This document shows, in pieces, positions 26,278-41,786 of a DNA stretch of 64,000 nucleotides. Below the pieces are notes generated by a model. That model saw only the letters and a list, made by a program, of their open reading frames with translations, made no database searches and had not been told where the DNA came from. The stretch comes from the human T2T-CHM13v2.0 reference genome, Homo sapiens, in the NCBI RefSeq assembly GCF_009914755.1, contig NC_060931.1; one strand, 5' to 3'. Position 1 is the stretch's first letter; every line of letters starts with the position of its first letter. Both the position numbers and the translations under genes were made by a program.

Positions 26278-27379
26278 AGTGCCATTCCCCTGGCTTTCCT
26301 TGTGCTTCTAAATAGGTCCCTTTTCACAACCTAGAACTTTCTTAGAACTCTCCTGGGGCAATGAGAACCACTTTTTGCACAAAGTACCCAGGAATTTATA
26401 TCCTCCCAACCCCCTAAGGGCATCCTTAGCATTGAGTGATTGGTGTTCCTTTGCCTGGAGGTGGAAGGAACTCTGAAGTGTAATGGACATTCTAGAACTC
26501 CTTGTGGAACCAGGCAGAGGCCGGGACTCTGCCTGGGATCTTTTCCATTCTCCGTCCTGCCTTGCCTCGTCTCTTACCAGTCGCTCCTGGGAACATTTTC
26601 TTTACACATCCCTGCACAGGAATCCTCACCTTTGGGGAACCCCATCTAAGGGAGCCTAAATGGTCAAAGAAGTCTGTCTGGACTTGATCCCTCTAAATGG
26701 AAGGTGTTAACAACAAACAACGACAATAAAAAAACAAAAAACTTGAGCCTGCAGGGTTTCCTCTAGACAGCCTTTCACTTTCTGAGGCTGCTGGTGGTAG
26801 AATAAACCTTGCCTAGCAACGTGATCTGAGCAGGTTAATAACAACCTGCTCGTTTATAAGCTTTGTGTTACTAAGGGTAGATTCAGTGTGGAAAGGAGGC
26901 TTTATGTTTTTGAAAATGCCTTCATGGGCCTTTTTGGTGATGAAAGACAAACTCAGCATGATCTAAAAGAGAAGTGTGTGGAAAGAGACCTAACTAGCTT
27001 TGTAAAGCAAAGCTATTGAAATGACTAGATTGAGCATGGCATTCCAAGATGGAGACGGTGTAGAAGGGCTAGGAGCTGGGCTCTAGAAAGGAGGAGGAAA
27101 AAGAAGAGGAGACACGGACTGGCACAGGCCAGGTCCAAGCATGGATGAACCAGGAGCTTCCCTATGGTGGTGAATTGTCAATGAATGTTATGCCTCATCT
27201 TCAGAAAAGTCTACAATACACAACAGCCTGTGCCAGCAGTGAAGGAGGAGGTGCTGGGGCATGTTGGATACAGGGTTAGGAGAGGTGAGAGGTTGCAGGA
27301 AGCGGGAGCTGAACTGGACATTTCTTTGTTTTGTCCCAAGATGGTACTGTCCTTCTGAGAAATGCTCCATCCTCTACTC

Positions 27380-27605
27380 CAACGCTGCTCAGCCTTTTTT
27401 TTCCCATTATTATTTACAAGGAGGCTTTTTAGATATTTATTTTCCTAATTGCCTTCCCTCCTACCATGAAATTTTAATACCACAGACATACTGTATATGT
27501 GTCATGTACTTGCCTCTTTGGAGGGCCACAGACCATTCTCATATCAGATGGTTCTGCCTCCTAAGAACGGATTTTGTTCCCTTGGGAGCAAAGAACAGGC
27601 ATGCT
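27380..27605. mobile_element. hAT-Charlie MITE remnant (MER112-like)
   Basis: CCATGAAATTTTAATACCACAGACATACTGTATAT...AGGGCCACAGACCATT recognised by eye; family uncertain. Confidence 0.45.
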
Positions 27606-27769
27606 CTTTTCCAGCCACGTGATCAGGCTAGCAGCCAGCCACTGTGGATTGGCCAAATGCTATTCACCAAGCTGGACAATGAGAGTGTCTCACCCCGCTG
27701 ACCATGGTTGGTTGGTACAGGAATGGACAGCTGATCTGAAATTACCCAATCATAGCCCTCCTCTGGGAT

Positions 27770-28072
27770 TTTTATTTTTATTTTTTGAGACCGGGTCTTA
27801 TGCTGTCACCTAGGCTGGAGTACAGTGGCATGATCATGGCTCACTATAGCCTCTACCTTCCAGGATCAAGTGATCTTCACACCTCAGCCTCCTGAGTAGC
27901 TGGAACTACAGGCATGGGCCACCATGCCCAGCTAATTTTTAAAATGGTTTTTGTAGACACAGAGTCTCATTATGTTACCTAGGCTGGTCTCGAACTCCTG
28001 GGCTCAAGCGATCCTCCCATCTTGGCCTCCCAAAGTGCTGGGATTACAGGTATGAGCCATCTTGCTCAGCTG
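27770..28072 (-). mobile_element. AluJ-like, interrupting an older ERVL-type LTR remnant (about 27620-28340)
   Basis: Antisense Alu with both arms; the flanks resemble LTR33/LTR16-class sequence. Confidence 0.85.
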
Positions 28073-30298
28073 GAATTTTTAAACTTTGTTCCAAAGAGAG
28101 AGCCTATTCCTTTCTCATGAAGAACCAGAGATGCCAAGTGTAGCGGCTTCATTGAGAGCCAAGCCAAGAGCATGGGCAGAGAAGAGAGGAGGAAAGAAGG
28201 GCCTGGTAGCCTTTAAGGCCTCAACTCCAGTTGGACCTGAGGCTAGCCTTGCCCCTGCCTCCAGTAAGGGAGCTTTCTAATAAACCTTCCTTTATGTTTA
28301 AAGTTTGTTTCTGTTGCTCACTACCCCTGGAATTCTGACCAACACAGAAGTGTTCAGGAATTGAACAGGAGTAGACTTTAGAGTAAAAAGTGACCAGGAA
28401 AATGTAAGACACCCCACCCACCTGCCTGGGAGCCAGCACTGTTGCAGGGAGCCTAGACCTTCTGTAAATCTGATAGGATGGGGTGGCTCGGTCATTGTAT
28501 GTAGTTGTGAAAGGAAACGGTGACTTTGAAGGGCTGGAGGACTTAGGGACACATGTGTCCCCAAGCAGGGGAGGGGTAGGGGAGGGTCTGCATTTTAGAA
28601 GGTTTGCTCAGGCAGCAGGGTAGTCTTGGGTTGGAGGTGGCAAGTCTGGAGTGAAGAAGTCAGTGTGGGCGAATGCAGCAGCCCAGGCAGGAAGGGATGA
28701 GCTGGTCCTCTCAGTCCAAGGAGGAGTCTAAGGAAAGCCGGCACCTGTCGAGAAAGGGACCTCTGCCCTGCATTTGGGGCCACCACACAGACCACATCTC
28801 TGCCTGTGACTAAGACTGCTCAGACCCAGTGCCATAGGAGACGAGGTGCCTTGGGTCCCGCAGAGGGAGCTCCCGGCTCCACCCCAACCTTGTGGCCAGG
28901 TGACATTCCCCAGGTTTCTAATGCTGTCTCCTTAATTTAGCTGCGGTCACACCAATTTAGCCTCAGGCTGCAGACTCTGCTCTTGCCATGCAATTTCAGA
29001 ACACAATTTTACAGCATTGTTGAAAGAACAGACATTGATTTGGGTCAGTTTTAATTTTCATTTTTACCCCATGGGTTCCATGGGATGTTACTTTGATTCC
29101 ACTCTCTTTTTTGCCTCCCAAATCCTGGTTCAGGAAGGCCAGGGCAGAGCAGGAGTGACGATGCAGTTCTGTTGTCACTGGTCTCTAAAGAAAAACAGGT
29201 CACGTTTGATTAATAGAGATTAAGTCAGCTCTGGTGGAGCTTCTACCTGCTCATGAACGAGCCCTGAACTTTGTGCCCGAGAAGAGCTGTGGAGCCCGTG
29301 TTTTCCGGAATAGTGCAGGCTCCGGTGCCCAGTGGCATCAGGCCTGGCTCTGTCCTGTCTGTGGTTTCACAGCTGTGCCCTGTCCCATGTGCAGGCTCCT
29401 TCCAGGAGCAGGCGCCATGGGCTGTCCTGGGCAGAAACCCATGGAGGGGATCCCAGCTGGCGCAGGGAGGCTGAGGCTGCCCTGGAGGGCTTGGCCTGTG
29501 CCAGGGTCTGGGCTCCAACCCCGCGGGGCCTGTCCCTGCCCCTGCTCCAGCGTCTTTTGTGGCTCACGAGATGCCTAACTTGCTCTCTCCACTCTTTCCC
29601 CCTCGGTTCTCCTGCCTGTAAAACAAAATAATACCTGTCGTGGGTGGCCATTGTGAGGACCAAGTGAGGACCTGTGTGGACAAACTCTGCCTAGAAATGT
29701 GAGAGGTTGCCGTTATTGTTATTTTGTTTCAAAGTCAACAAACACTGAAGGCCTACTATGTGCAAGACCCTGTGCGATGCCTGACCATGGGTGCTTAGAA
29801 CAAAGTAGGTTATTAGATGTCAAGTGAACAAATGGACAGGGAGGACCCTGGGAGCCTCAGGGCAAGGGGCGTGGAGTGGTCAATGGCAGGGTCACACAGT
29901 GGGCAGGTTCTGGATGCCATTACCTATGCCTGACTTTCCTGGACCCCTACAAGAACACTGGGCCGGAAGGCAGAAGACAGTGTTTGATTTGAACTTCACA
30001 CAATTTTATTTATTGAGCAACTATTAAGTGCAGGAGGCAGGGAGAGAAGACACAGTGGTTGCCCCAGCTTGGTGGGGGAGATAATAAGTAAACAGGCAAG
30101 GCCTATGGGGGGAGGAGTAAGCATCACCAACCCGTGCACCCCGCCAGTGGGGCCAGGGAAGGCAGCTTAAGGAATGAGGGGACCTCAGCTGGGTGAGGCT
30201 GGAGGTGTCAACAGCAAATGAGCGAGAACAAGGCAGGCCCACGGACCAGCATGTGGTTTGTATGGGTGGCATCTGTCATAGATGGGTGCCTGAGGGGA

Positions 30299-30662
30299 TG
30301 TCTTAGCCAGTTTGGGCTGCGGAACAATACCATAGACTCAGCGGCTTATAAAAAATAGGACTTTATTTCTCACAGTTCTGGAGGCTGGGAAGTGCAAGAT
30401 CAAGGTGCTGGCAGGTGGTGTCTGGTGTGGAACTACTTCCTGGCCTCCAGATGGCCATCTTCTCCTCATAGCCTTACAGGATGGAGACAGAGCAAGCTCT
30501 CCTGTCCCTTTATATGAGGACAAGAATCCCATCATGAAGGGTCTGCCCTCCTGACTAGTCACCTCTCAGAGGTCACATTTCCTAAGACCATCACAATGGG
30601 GCTTAGGATTTCATCATTTGGCTTTGGGGTGGGGGAGTGGTACACAAACATTCAGTCCATAA
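30299..30662 (-). mobile_element. MaLR LTR (MLT1A/MST-like)
   Basis: TTTATTTCTCACAGTTCTGGAGGCTGGGAAGTGCAAGATCAAGGTGCTGGCAG motif. Confidence 0.75.
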
Positions 30663-32313
30663 AAGGGGGACTACTAGGGTGAGGCAGGGCCGTGGGCAGA
30701 GCGCAGGCCTGGGGCATGTGGGCTGGGTAAGGCAGACTTTGGAGGTTTCCACCATGGGAGTGACAAGGGCTGGAACGTGGGAAGAATAGGGTGGAGGATG
30801 GCTTGGCTGGGACACGCCCAGGGGCAGGGAGATCAGGCAGCAGACTCTGCAGGGACGTGATGGTGGCCTGAGTCCTGGTCCAGATGCTGCTATCCAGAGA
30901 ACACTGCAGCCAGAAGGGACCTTGACAGTCACTCGATTCATGCTTCCATCTCACAGGTGGAGAAACCAAGGCCCCATGAGGCCTGGGACCTGGCATTTTC
31001 AGGAAGGCCACCCCCAGGAAGGCTTCTTCCCCAGCCACTTAGCTGGCCCTCTCCCCAACCTTTTTCTGCCTGCTCAGTGAGACAAATCAATGACACATGT
31101 CTCTTCCTCTTGTTCTGGGCCACGCTGCCTCTACGGCAGGGTGATGTTGTGGGGCCTTGAGCTTGGGGCTCCCCAGAGGGCAAGAGCCTGAGACAGCAGG
31201 TCAATAAAAGGTGAGTGGTCGACGGGATTGGCAGATCCTGGACTCAGCCCTTCACTGGGCAAATGTCAGGCCCAGTGGCTGGGCAGCTTGGGGGCATTTC
31301 CACCTGAATGCAGGGACAAGACCACCGGCCAGTGGCATCAGACTGGCAAGGTGAGGAGGTGGCCTTTTGTAATGGAGTCACCTGTGTCCAGAACAGCTGT
31401 CCTCCCCTTGGGCCATGGGAGGACAAAGGAGAGAGCCAGAGGAAACCAGAGCCGAATGCCACATTGACTTCAGAGTGCTCTCCTGGTGGCTGGTGGGGCT
31501 GGGTGGGGTAGTGTGAGAGTGAAGCCAGCGGCCTGCAAGGTTTGTCCTCTGCCTAGTTCACTTGGCCTGGAGCCTGAACTGGGAGGGAGGATTCCGGTCT
31601 GGCTGTAAGACTTACTGGCTGTGAGCCCTTGGAGAAAAGGGATTCATCGTCTGGACCTCAAGTTTCTCATCTGTGAAATGGAATCGTCTCCATGGCTGAG
31701 CTGCCTTACATTGCCCCTGGGTCATGTTTACGTTCTTAGGGATCCAGCCTCCCTGCCAGGGGTTCCCTGGTCTCTGCTCGGCTACTCCCTGGGCTGGGGC
31801 TGATGGCCTCTCAGGCAGACACTCTGATCATCATCATAGCCTGCCGGTGAGTAGTCTGAGCTAGGCTGTCAGTAGAGAAGGGTGGGATCCACTTTCTTCC
31901 ACTCTGATCTCTTCTCCACAGCCCTCAGTTATTCCTGGAATTAGACAAAGCCCTGAAAAAATGCGAAGTAGGGGACGTGGAAGTATGATAGCTGCAACTA
32001 GCACCTCCTGGCTCACCCCTCCCACCTTCCCAAGATACACCGAAGTTATCAATAATGCTGAAGGCTAGAAATAAGCCAGAAGCAAGGGGAGATGTTTAAC
32101 TAATTGAAGCCCAAAGAAAGGAGTGAAACAGAACAACACCGAAGCCACTGTTTGCCCTGCCTTCCGTCTGGGGAAAGGAGGAAAGCCGTGTTCCTACTGT
32201 GTGAGGGCTGCATTCTCCTTGGCCTCCCTCATCCATATCTCTTACCATGTGGTGACAGCTGTCCTTTGAGATTTAACTCAAGTTGCTGTGAGCACGCTAT
32301 CCTGCCTCCCTGA

Positions 32314-32806
<493 letters not shown>

Positions 32807-34632
32807 TGAGCTGGAGGCTGCGAGATTGTGCAAGAGGGATGGGAGGTCACAGGGGCTGGAACCTGTGGCAAAGGATCCCAGGGGAATCAAAGGATGGAAA
32901 CGATTGGGTGGTAGAAAAAAGGGAAAGAAACTCATTCCCATTGCTTCACGCTCTGGGAAGGCCATCACAATGCTATTCTTAGAAGGAAGCATATTTAATG
33001 GGAAAGTTAAATCCCACACCCATCTAAACCCTTGACTTCTGCATTTCCAAATACAGGGCTTGGTGAGTTACCTGAAACTGTATTAATAACAGCTAATGCA
33101 TACATAGCCTTGGTCCCTGGTAGGCATAATTCTAATCCTTTCAGATATACCCTATAAATGTATATAATCCCTATATAAAACCATATTGTTACCTGTGTTT
33201 TAGGGATGAAGAAACTGAAGCACAGAGAGCTGAGGTCATGGGCCCAAGGTCACAGCTCTAATAATAAGCAGTGGATCTAGGAGTTGACCCAGCAGTCTGG
33301 GTCAGGAGTCCATGCTCTTAACTACTGTGCTATGGTGCCCTTCTGTGGGAAGGGCCACGCAGCGCCTGCAGGTCCTTAGAAATACCTCTCTTGTTTTCCC
33401 AGGGCTTGCTATGAGAGTATCACTCACCCATCCCCCGCCCCTGGTCCTCCTGCTGAATTTCAGAGCCCATCTAGCCATCAACTACCCGCCCCTCCACTGC
33501 TCTTACCGGGAGGCTGTTTGTGAAGGCAGAATTGGAATTTCTGAGTAAAATTTTCTTTCTCTTTATTTAAGAAATATAGTTCTCTCAAACTGAGCACCAG
33601 AGCTATTGATTCAGCAATAATAGAAAGTATTTGTGTGGAGAACCATGCCTCCTTGCACAATCTGCTAATGTTCTCGTTGGCAGGTATATAGAATATTGAC
33701 AAAGGAAATTCAAGTTGTCCTGAATTTCCCCCAGCTTCTCAGGAAGAAGGGGAAATTAGTTTTGAACATGGCATAAATACCATCACAGTTGTCCCCAAAT
33801 ATTGATTCTTTGCAGTGTCTTTTATTATATGCACATAATAGGAGCTCAATAGGAATTGACTAAAGCCAGATTGCCTGGTGAGAATTCTGTCTGCTGTGCT
33901 CTAGCTGTGTGACCTTGGGTGAGTGACTTCCGTTCTCTGGCTCACAATTCCCTTTGTAAAGTGGAGCTGACAATAGTACCTTTCATGGTACCTACCTCTT
34001 TGGATCATGGGGAACTACATGTATGAATCTAGGCCCAGTGGTTAAATCAGCGCCTGGCCCATCGTACACCCTCAGTCAAAGACTAGCTGCTACTGTGACA
34101 GGCTTCAAGTGGAAGAGTGAATGCAAAATATGGCTTGGATGGAAGAGGTCACCCTGGCCACCCTGCTCCTGATGATTGGCACCAGAAGTGACTTTGATCT
34201 TTTACAGATATTTGCACTGTTGATGAAAATCTAGCAAGAGTTGGCAAATTAATACTGTATACAAAAATAGAGAATTTTGCAAGTAACTTTAGAGAACATC
34301 TAGCTTAATTCCCCTCATTTTAGATGTGCAAAGTGAGGCCCAGAGAGGGGAAGGGCTTGCTCAGGCTTCTACAGTTGGTCCCTGTCAGAGCTGGGACTTA
34401 CGTCCCTCTAGGGAAGAGGCTACGCTGCTTCTCCAGGTTCATTTCTTTATCCATGGCTGTGACCAAATAAAAGATTCAAAGGTCAGAGAATCAACATACT
34501 GCCTTTGGGAAAAGAAATCACAGCTCAAGTTGGCACGTTTGGCGCTGAGTCACCAGCATACACTGCTAGGGAGGGACAGCAGCCATCAGTTTAATAACCT
34601 CTAAGCCATGTGACTAGTTAACCAGGGAATTC

Positions 34633-34936
<304 letters not shown>

Positions 34937-35233
34937 AACCAGGGGATTCTTTCTGAGAAGTTCTCACCATGATTTTCTTCCTGGTCATTGATGACTGATC
35001 CCATGGGTAATATGTGTTTCTAATCATTAGAACCATGGTGATGACATTGCAGGAACCAGAGAATGCTTTTCTACCCAGTTCTCAGGGAGGATGCATGACA
35101 CCCTGAGAAATATGATTTGTATCTTAGCTAGTTAGTGGTAGATTTAAAACCAGAACCCAGAACTGCTAACTTCCCAACTAGGAATCTAACTACAACAAAA
35201 GAGTACCTCTCTAAGCAAGCCTTCTGCCAGTGA

Positions 35234-35550
<317 letters not shown>

Positions 35551-35759
35551 AGTGTTTTGTAAAATATTTCAGAAAATCCCCCAACTCTGGCCCTTATAAA
35601 GACAAACCCCATAGATACAGGGAAGAGGATTTGATGCCCATGTAGATTTGAGGCTGTAGATATAGATAGAGAGGCAAGAGATTACTCCCCCAGAGAAAGC
35701 TAGGTTAAGCTGTTGGTCATCTTTGACTTGTGACCGGCTCTGAGATTACAGAAGTTCTA

Positions 35760-36365
35760 ACCTAGGACTACTCAAAAGAGGATGATCCTAGATGCTGCCA
35801 ACTTGTGAAATTTTGGCCACTAGCCTTCAAGAAGTACAGAAATTGAGAGTAAGTGTTTAGAAACTTTTATGGCAAGTGATAGAGTAGTTTTGTGTTTGCT
35901 GAATCTAATAAGTACAATGTGAACATACATTTTGTAGATCTTTATGGTTTGTTTCATTTTTTTCTGAAGATCTGTTTTTGTTGTATTTCTCAGAAATATT
36001 CATCCACCATTGATTGACAGTAATGAAAGAAAATTCTGGCCCTTCACCTTAGGTGAGGTTTGAGAAGCTCTGCCGTCTAGGTCTCTTCTCCAGAGATTCT
36101 GAGGCAGTCGGTCAAGGATGCAGGCTGAGCACCTGCTGGGGTCAGGGCTATCCAGGTGATTCCACTGTGCAGCCAGGATTGAGAAATTCTGCCATCCCAG
36201 ATCAGCAGCAGCGGCATCACCCGGGAACATGCTAGAAATGCAAACTCTAGGGCCCACCTCAGAGTCACTGAATCAGAAGTTCTGGGGGTGGGGGAGCAGC
36301 AATCTGTGTTTTAAAAGTCCTCAAGTTTATTCTAATGCAAGCTGGCATTTGAGAACTATTGCCCT
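35760..36365. mobile_element. hAT-Charlie remnants (MER119-like followed by MER5-type MITEs)
   Basis: AGTACAGAAATTGAGAGTAAGTGTTTAGAAACTTTTAT, then the MER5 core GCAGCGGCATCACCCGGGAACATGCTAGAAATGCAAACTC...TTTGAGAACTATTG. Confidence 0.6.
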
Positions 36366-37070
36366 GGACTAAGTTCCTGTCTCCCAGCATTGCTGTGGGT
36401 CTGGCCTGACAGGCAGAGATGTGCACATACTGATCCAGTGAACATCTAGAACTGAAGCACAAACATGCCCTCCAGCTGCCCAGAACCTTTCTCCTCCCTA
36501 TACAAGTGTGCCACCCAAGATTCAGCCTGAAGAGCAGGGCGGAAATCTCTTCATATCCCTGAAGACGATCTCTTTCTTCTTTCTTCTCGCTGATGAGAAA
36601 TCCAGCATTACCTATTTTTTACTTATTCATAACTCACTCATTCATTTACTGAATCATTTGTTGAACCAAATATTTTTGAGTTCTCTCTGCATGCAGGTGT
36701 GATGTGGGTCTGGGATACAGAGTTGAAGGAAAGATGTAGGTAGAAAGGATAGGTGCAGGGAGTAAGGGGATTTACCTGACACCTGACTAGTCCTGGTTCT
36801 GGCCCTGCTTCCTATGAGTAAGTCACGGCCGTGTTCTTATCTATAAAATGGGTGAAGTTTGGACTAGATGAATCCTTAGGGTCCTTCCATCTGTAGTGAC
36901 CTGGGCCTCCAAAGGAGGGCTAGTGGCTGAGGCACAGCACTAGGCCCATAGCAAGTAGGCACATAGCAAGTTCTCAATCATCATTGGAGGAGTCAATGGA
37001 TGGATGGGTGCCAAAATGGTTGGATGTTATGAGGACGAGCATAAAGTCTTTCTGGGGGCAGAATAAGTCA

Positions 37071-37110
37071 TGTGTGTGTGTGTGTGTGTGTGTTTGTGTG
37101 TGTGTTTGTG
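37071..37110. repeat. (TG)n microsatellite, interrupted
   Basis: Direct reading. Confidence 0.93.
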
Positions 37111-37559
37111 CGCTCCTGAGCCGTGAGCAATGGTGACCCATCAAGTCCTGCATCCCTGCTGTCCTGGTCCTGGCTACCTAGCTTCACAGGCAGAGCAACC
37201 CAAGCAATCAGAGCATGGGGGCGGCTAGGGGCAGGGCAAACTCTCCAAGGTTGCCCAATCCCATTTCCTGTCTGAGCCAGAGGCTCCCTATGCAGCTCCC
37301 CAGCAGCAAAGCACCCTGCTTAGGCTTGTACAGGTCCTCCTCATCAGCTACTCAGCTCCCACCAGCATTTTGTTGGGGGGATGGTTCTCCTCCAGGCTGC
37401 CTTCCCTAACTGCGCCAGCCCTCGGTAATCTCCCAGCCCTGTGCTCCTATAGCCCCCGAAGTCTTGCTCTCCAGCCCTTGCTCTCTCCCCAGCCTGGACT
37501 CTTCTCAGCTGCCCCCACTATCTTGGAAGCTCCATGGACACTCATAAATACTTACTTCA

Positions 37560-38320
37560 AGAATTATTTTTAATAACATAAGAAATACATAAATACATTA
37601 TCATTATTAAAAAATAGAAATAAGACAAATGTCCCCCTTGGCCCTCCCAATACCATCTGCCTCCCCTGAGAAGACTTCTTATCAGTTTCCTGAGTTTCTT
37701 TCCACACTTAAAATTTTGCATTTACATTTGAATTTTTGTATTTCCATTTTTTGTGAGGGTGTTTACACAAATATACTTTATGGATGCTCTTTTCACTCCG
37801 CAATGTGTCTTAGAGAACTTTCCAAGCCAGTAGTTTTGTGCTGTATATCACATGTGTGTCATCTATATGTTACCTATGTTATGGCATAAATATGGCATAA
37901 AATACCATTTATGTTAACAGCTGCCTTTTGTACCAGAGCAAGGATACATGCCCTTATTAGTGGAGGTGTGGTACATTTTCAGTTTCACAGTGATGAACTC
38001 TGCTGCAGAGAACATTTTTCATGTGCCCCCTTGTGTAACATATGTAAATATTTCTCCAAGTTGTAAACTCAGAAGTGGAATTGCTGAATTGGAGGCTATG
38101 CACACTTTGTATTTCAATAATGCTGCTAAACCACCCTTCAAATTGCTTGCCTCCCAGCACCTGAGGCTCCCAATATGTCCCACCCCAGTCTATAACAACC
38201 CTCAATCTTCATTTTGCCAATCTGATAAGCAGGAAGGTGAATCTCATTCTTGCTTTAATTGGCATGTCTCTGCTTACTCATGAGGTAGAGCATATTTTCA
38301 TATTGGCCGTTGGTAGAGGA
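37560..38320 (-). mobile_element. Old L1 (L1ME-type) fragment
   Basis: AT-rich antisense L1 motifs such as AGAAGTGGAATTGCTGAATTG and TTTGCCAATCTGATA...ATCTCATT. Confidence 0.6.
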
Positions 38321-38765
38321 ACTGCTTGTGGAATAAATTAGGTGCTTAGTAAAGACACTGGTAAGGGAGGAGAAGAGTGGTGTGGCTCTGGGCAGGTTGT
38401 CTGTGAGGTTCCAGATCACTGACCTAGTCCAGGAGGGATGTTCATGGGAGCAGGCTGGGGTGCAGGTGAGGAAGACATTTCTGACACATAGAATGACAGA
38501 GTGGCACAGCCAGAGACCAGGCTGGGGCCCTCACCTCACCTCCTAACTGGATGTCCCTCACTATCAGAACTGTCACTGTCTGAACTCAGGAGCCCAATAG
38601 ATGTGCATAGTGAGGATTATAGTGTTTTTGACTACAACTTGCTTCAATTATTTATTGCCGCATAACAAACTACCCCAAGATGTAGTGGTAAAAAAAAAAA
38701 TAAGTTATTTGCTCATGTTTCTGCAATTTGAGGAGGGCTCAATGGGGGCAGCTCAGCTGTCAACG

Positions 38766-39145
38766 TGTTACCGAATGTCAGGGGTTCAGCCTAGGTTGCT
38801 TGCTGCGCAGAAAGCCAATCACTGAGACACCAAGTATTGCCAGGAAAGAAAGGCTTTATTATGGGTGACATCCACCAGAAGATGGGAGACAAGTCTCAAA
38901 TCTGACTTTCTCGCTGACCAAAGTTAGGAGTTTGTAGAGCAGGGAAGGAAGAGGAGCTAGTGAACAGGCAACAGATGGTCAGACGAGAGGTCTGGCCTCT
39001 CGTTGTCTGGATAAGGTGATCTGGAATGTATCAGTTTCTTGATCCTGTCTGGGAGGCCTGATGGTCGATTTCCTGAGAAAGGAACTCATAAGACAAATGT
39101 AAGTTTCTCAAGCTTCAGTTCTATGGGAAAATTGGGCCAGTTTCA
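38766..39145 (-). mobile_element. Solo LTR (LTR47-like) nested in an older MLT1 remnant (about 38645-39540)
   Basis: Minus strand starts TGAAACTGGCCCAATTTTCCCATAGAACTG and ends CGGTAACA. Flanks AACG / AATG fit a 4-bp TSD with CpG decay. Confidence 0.65.
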
Positions 39146-41786
39146 AATGGACAGTTCCATGAGTTGTCTGCTGGGGTTGGAACATTCAAGAAGGGTTCTT
39201 CATTTACTGTCTGGAAACTGGGCTGGGATGGCTGGACTAGCCAGGGACAACTCTCTCTATGTGGTCTCTCCAAGTGGGTTAGCTCAGGCTTCCTCACAGC
39301 ATAGTGGTTTCAGGGAAGTGACACTTTTTACATGGCAGCTGGCTCCTCCAAGAGTGCAAAAGTGGAAGCTGCCAGGTCTTCTTGATACCTGGACCAGGAA
39401 TGCCCAGAATGTCATTGATGCTTCATTCATTGCAAACCAGCAACAGGACGGGTGGAGGGGAAATAGTTTCCACCTCTTTAGCAGAGGAGTAGCAAGGGCC
39501 CTTTGTAAAAGAGCACGTGGGCCCTACCCCACATGGAAACACACTTGAAATCTTTTCTAAGCAAATTGAGAAAAAAAGGAGAATGCATTATAAGGACATG
39601 GGGTGTCTCAGGTAACCCCGGGCTGGAAATGCAGCCGTGGATTGGGAAGAGCCATCAGTAACCCAGGCTGCACCTCCCTCGCCTCCCTGAGGGCACCCTG
39701 GTCTCCCTCAGGCGTCCTCCTCCTCTCCCTGTGAACCAGCTTTCTGTGCTTTTTCATGTCCATGGACTCCATAGGTTTCCCCAGAACAGCACCCTGAGCC
39801 CCCCAGTTTTCAAGTTTCTGAATGTTTTTCTGAATCCCACTTCCAAACCCCAGATTGACCCAGCCTGGTCCAGTTGTTCTAGATGAGGAAAGTGAGGCTG
39901 AGAGACTTCAAAGGTATTGCCCAGCACAGCTAAGCGGCAAAGCTAGGTTCTGAATGTGGGTCCTCCATCTCACCCCAGAGTGAAGGCTCAGTGCAGGCTG
40001 AGCACTCACAGGGCCCTGCCCTTCTTCTTCCTGCAGCCCTTGTCAAGCTCAGATCTGTGGGGGCTGAGCAGAGCTGGGTCTGCCAGGCCAGGCCTCTGCC
40101 TTCTTGGCAGCCTCCTTTGTGCCCTGCTTGGAGGGGGCAGCATCCTGCCATGTGGAAGAGGTGGGTCCATTTTGAGTGTAACTCTTCTAGAGGAAGGGCT
40201 TCACTCACCCCAACTGAGTGCCTTCACTCTAGCTCCAGTGTGGGCTGGAGGTTCTGAGGCTCAGTGCAGAAAGGGGCAGGCAGGAAAGCTCACTTCTGCA
40301 TCTGCTCAGTGTAGGCCATCCTTCTTGCTGCCACGCTGATGGAAAGGCTAGCTGCACCTCTCTGGGTCTGCCTGCCTGGCTGGGATGAGATTTTCCAGGG
40401 CTGCCTCTGACCTGGCACTCTCCCCTACAGTCTGTGCAAAAACCTAGCTCATGGCACTACAGTCACCTGTACCACTTTCTAAGCTTTCTCCCTGAAACAA
40501 GGGTTGGCCTGTTTTAAGGGACCCCTGTGCTGCACATCATCTGACGCTTCCTCTTTGCAGGGCCTTGGCGGATGTCAGCCATAGCCTGGAATGTCCCCCA
40601 CCCCCAGCTCTACCTAAGGACACCCTCTAAGACTCAAGGAAAAGGCCACCTCCTTCATGATGCCTCTCTAGGTTTCTGAGAACTGTTTCCACTTCCATTT
40701 GGATGTCTGCCTCCTTTCAACTTTGATTAGGGATTTTGGACATAGGCAGCAAGGCCTGGAATATCCTCACAATATATCATTTATTCATTCAACAACTATT
40801 TATTGAATGCCTACTCTGCGCAGGCACTGCTGTAGCACTGGGAAACAGAAGAGCTATAACTCACTGCCCTCATAGATCTGAGATTCTGCTATGGGAAGTT
40901 GACAATAAACAAGATGACTAAGTTAAGTGCATGGTGAGTCACATCTTGGTAGGTGCCATGGGGATAAAGTTAAGGCAGGAAGGGAGATTAGAGTGCCAGG
41001 GATAGGGCAGAATGGGCAATTTAAAAGGGGCGGGGGAAGACCTCACTGAGAAGGGGATATCAGAACAAAGACTTGAAGGAGGTGAGGGAGTGGGTCATGA
41101 GGCCCTCTGGAGGATGAGCCTGGTAGGGAGCGGCTGCCAAGAGCCTGAGCAGGAGCATGCCTGGCATGTTTGAAGCACAGTGTGGCAAGAGCAGAGAGGA
41201 AAAGAGGGAGGGAGATGGAAGGCAGGGCCAGACAAGACATGAAGCAAGGTCATGCAGGGCCCTGTGGGCCATTGTAAGGCCATTGACTCTAACACTGAAG
41301 GAAATTGGGTTACTGGGCAGTATCTCTGTTATCTTATTATTAATAATAAAGAAAAGGACACGGTAAGCAACCATGAAATTAATAGTAATTTATAATAATA
41401 ATTAATATTATTTTTAGTTTTCTCTATCCACCAAGCACTGTGTTAAGCACTTAATATAAATAATCTAATTCTCACAACCACGCTATGTGTTGGTACTCTC
41501 ATTATTTCTGCTTTGCAAATGGAGAAATTGAGACTCAGGGAGATATAGCAACTTTCCCAAGGTAGAACAGCTAGGAAATCTTGGAATAGGAATTTGAATT
41601 CAGGCAGCCTGACTCCTGAAGCCACACCCTGGATCATCTCTTATGCTGCCTTGAATTAATGAATAGGGATTAATTGAATCCTTCCTAGCTGTCATACTGG
41701 GATGTTTAGTCCCAAGATGAGACAATGTGGTGCATGCCATGACTGTATCAGAATCCTGTAGATGAGTGCCCATCTATTCATCCATC

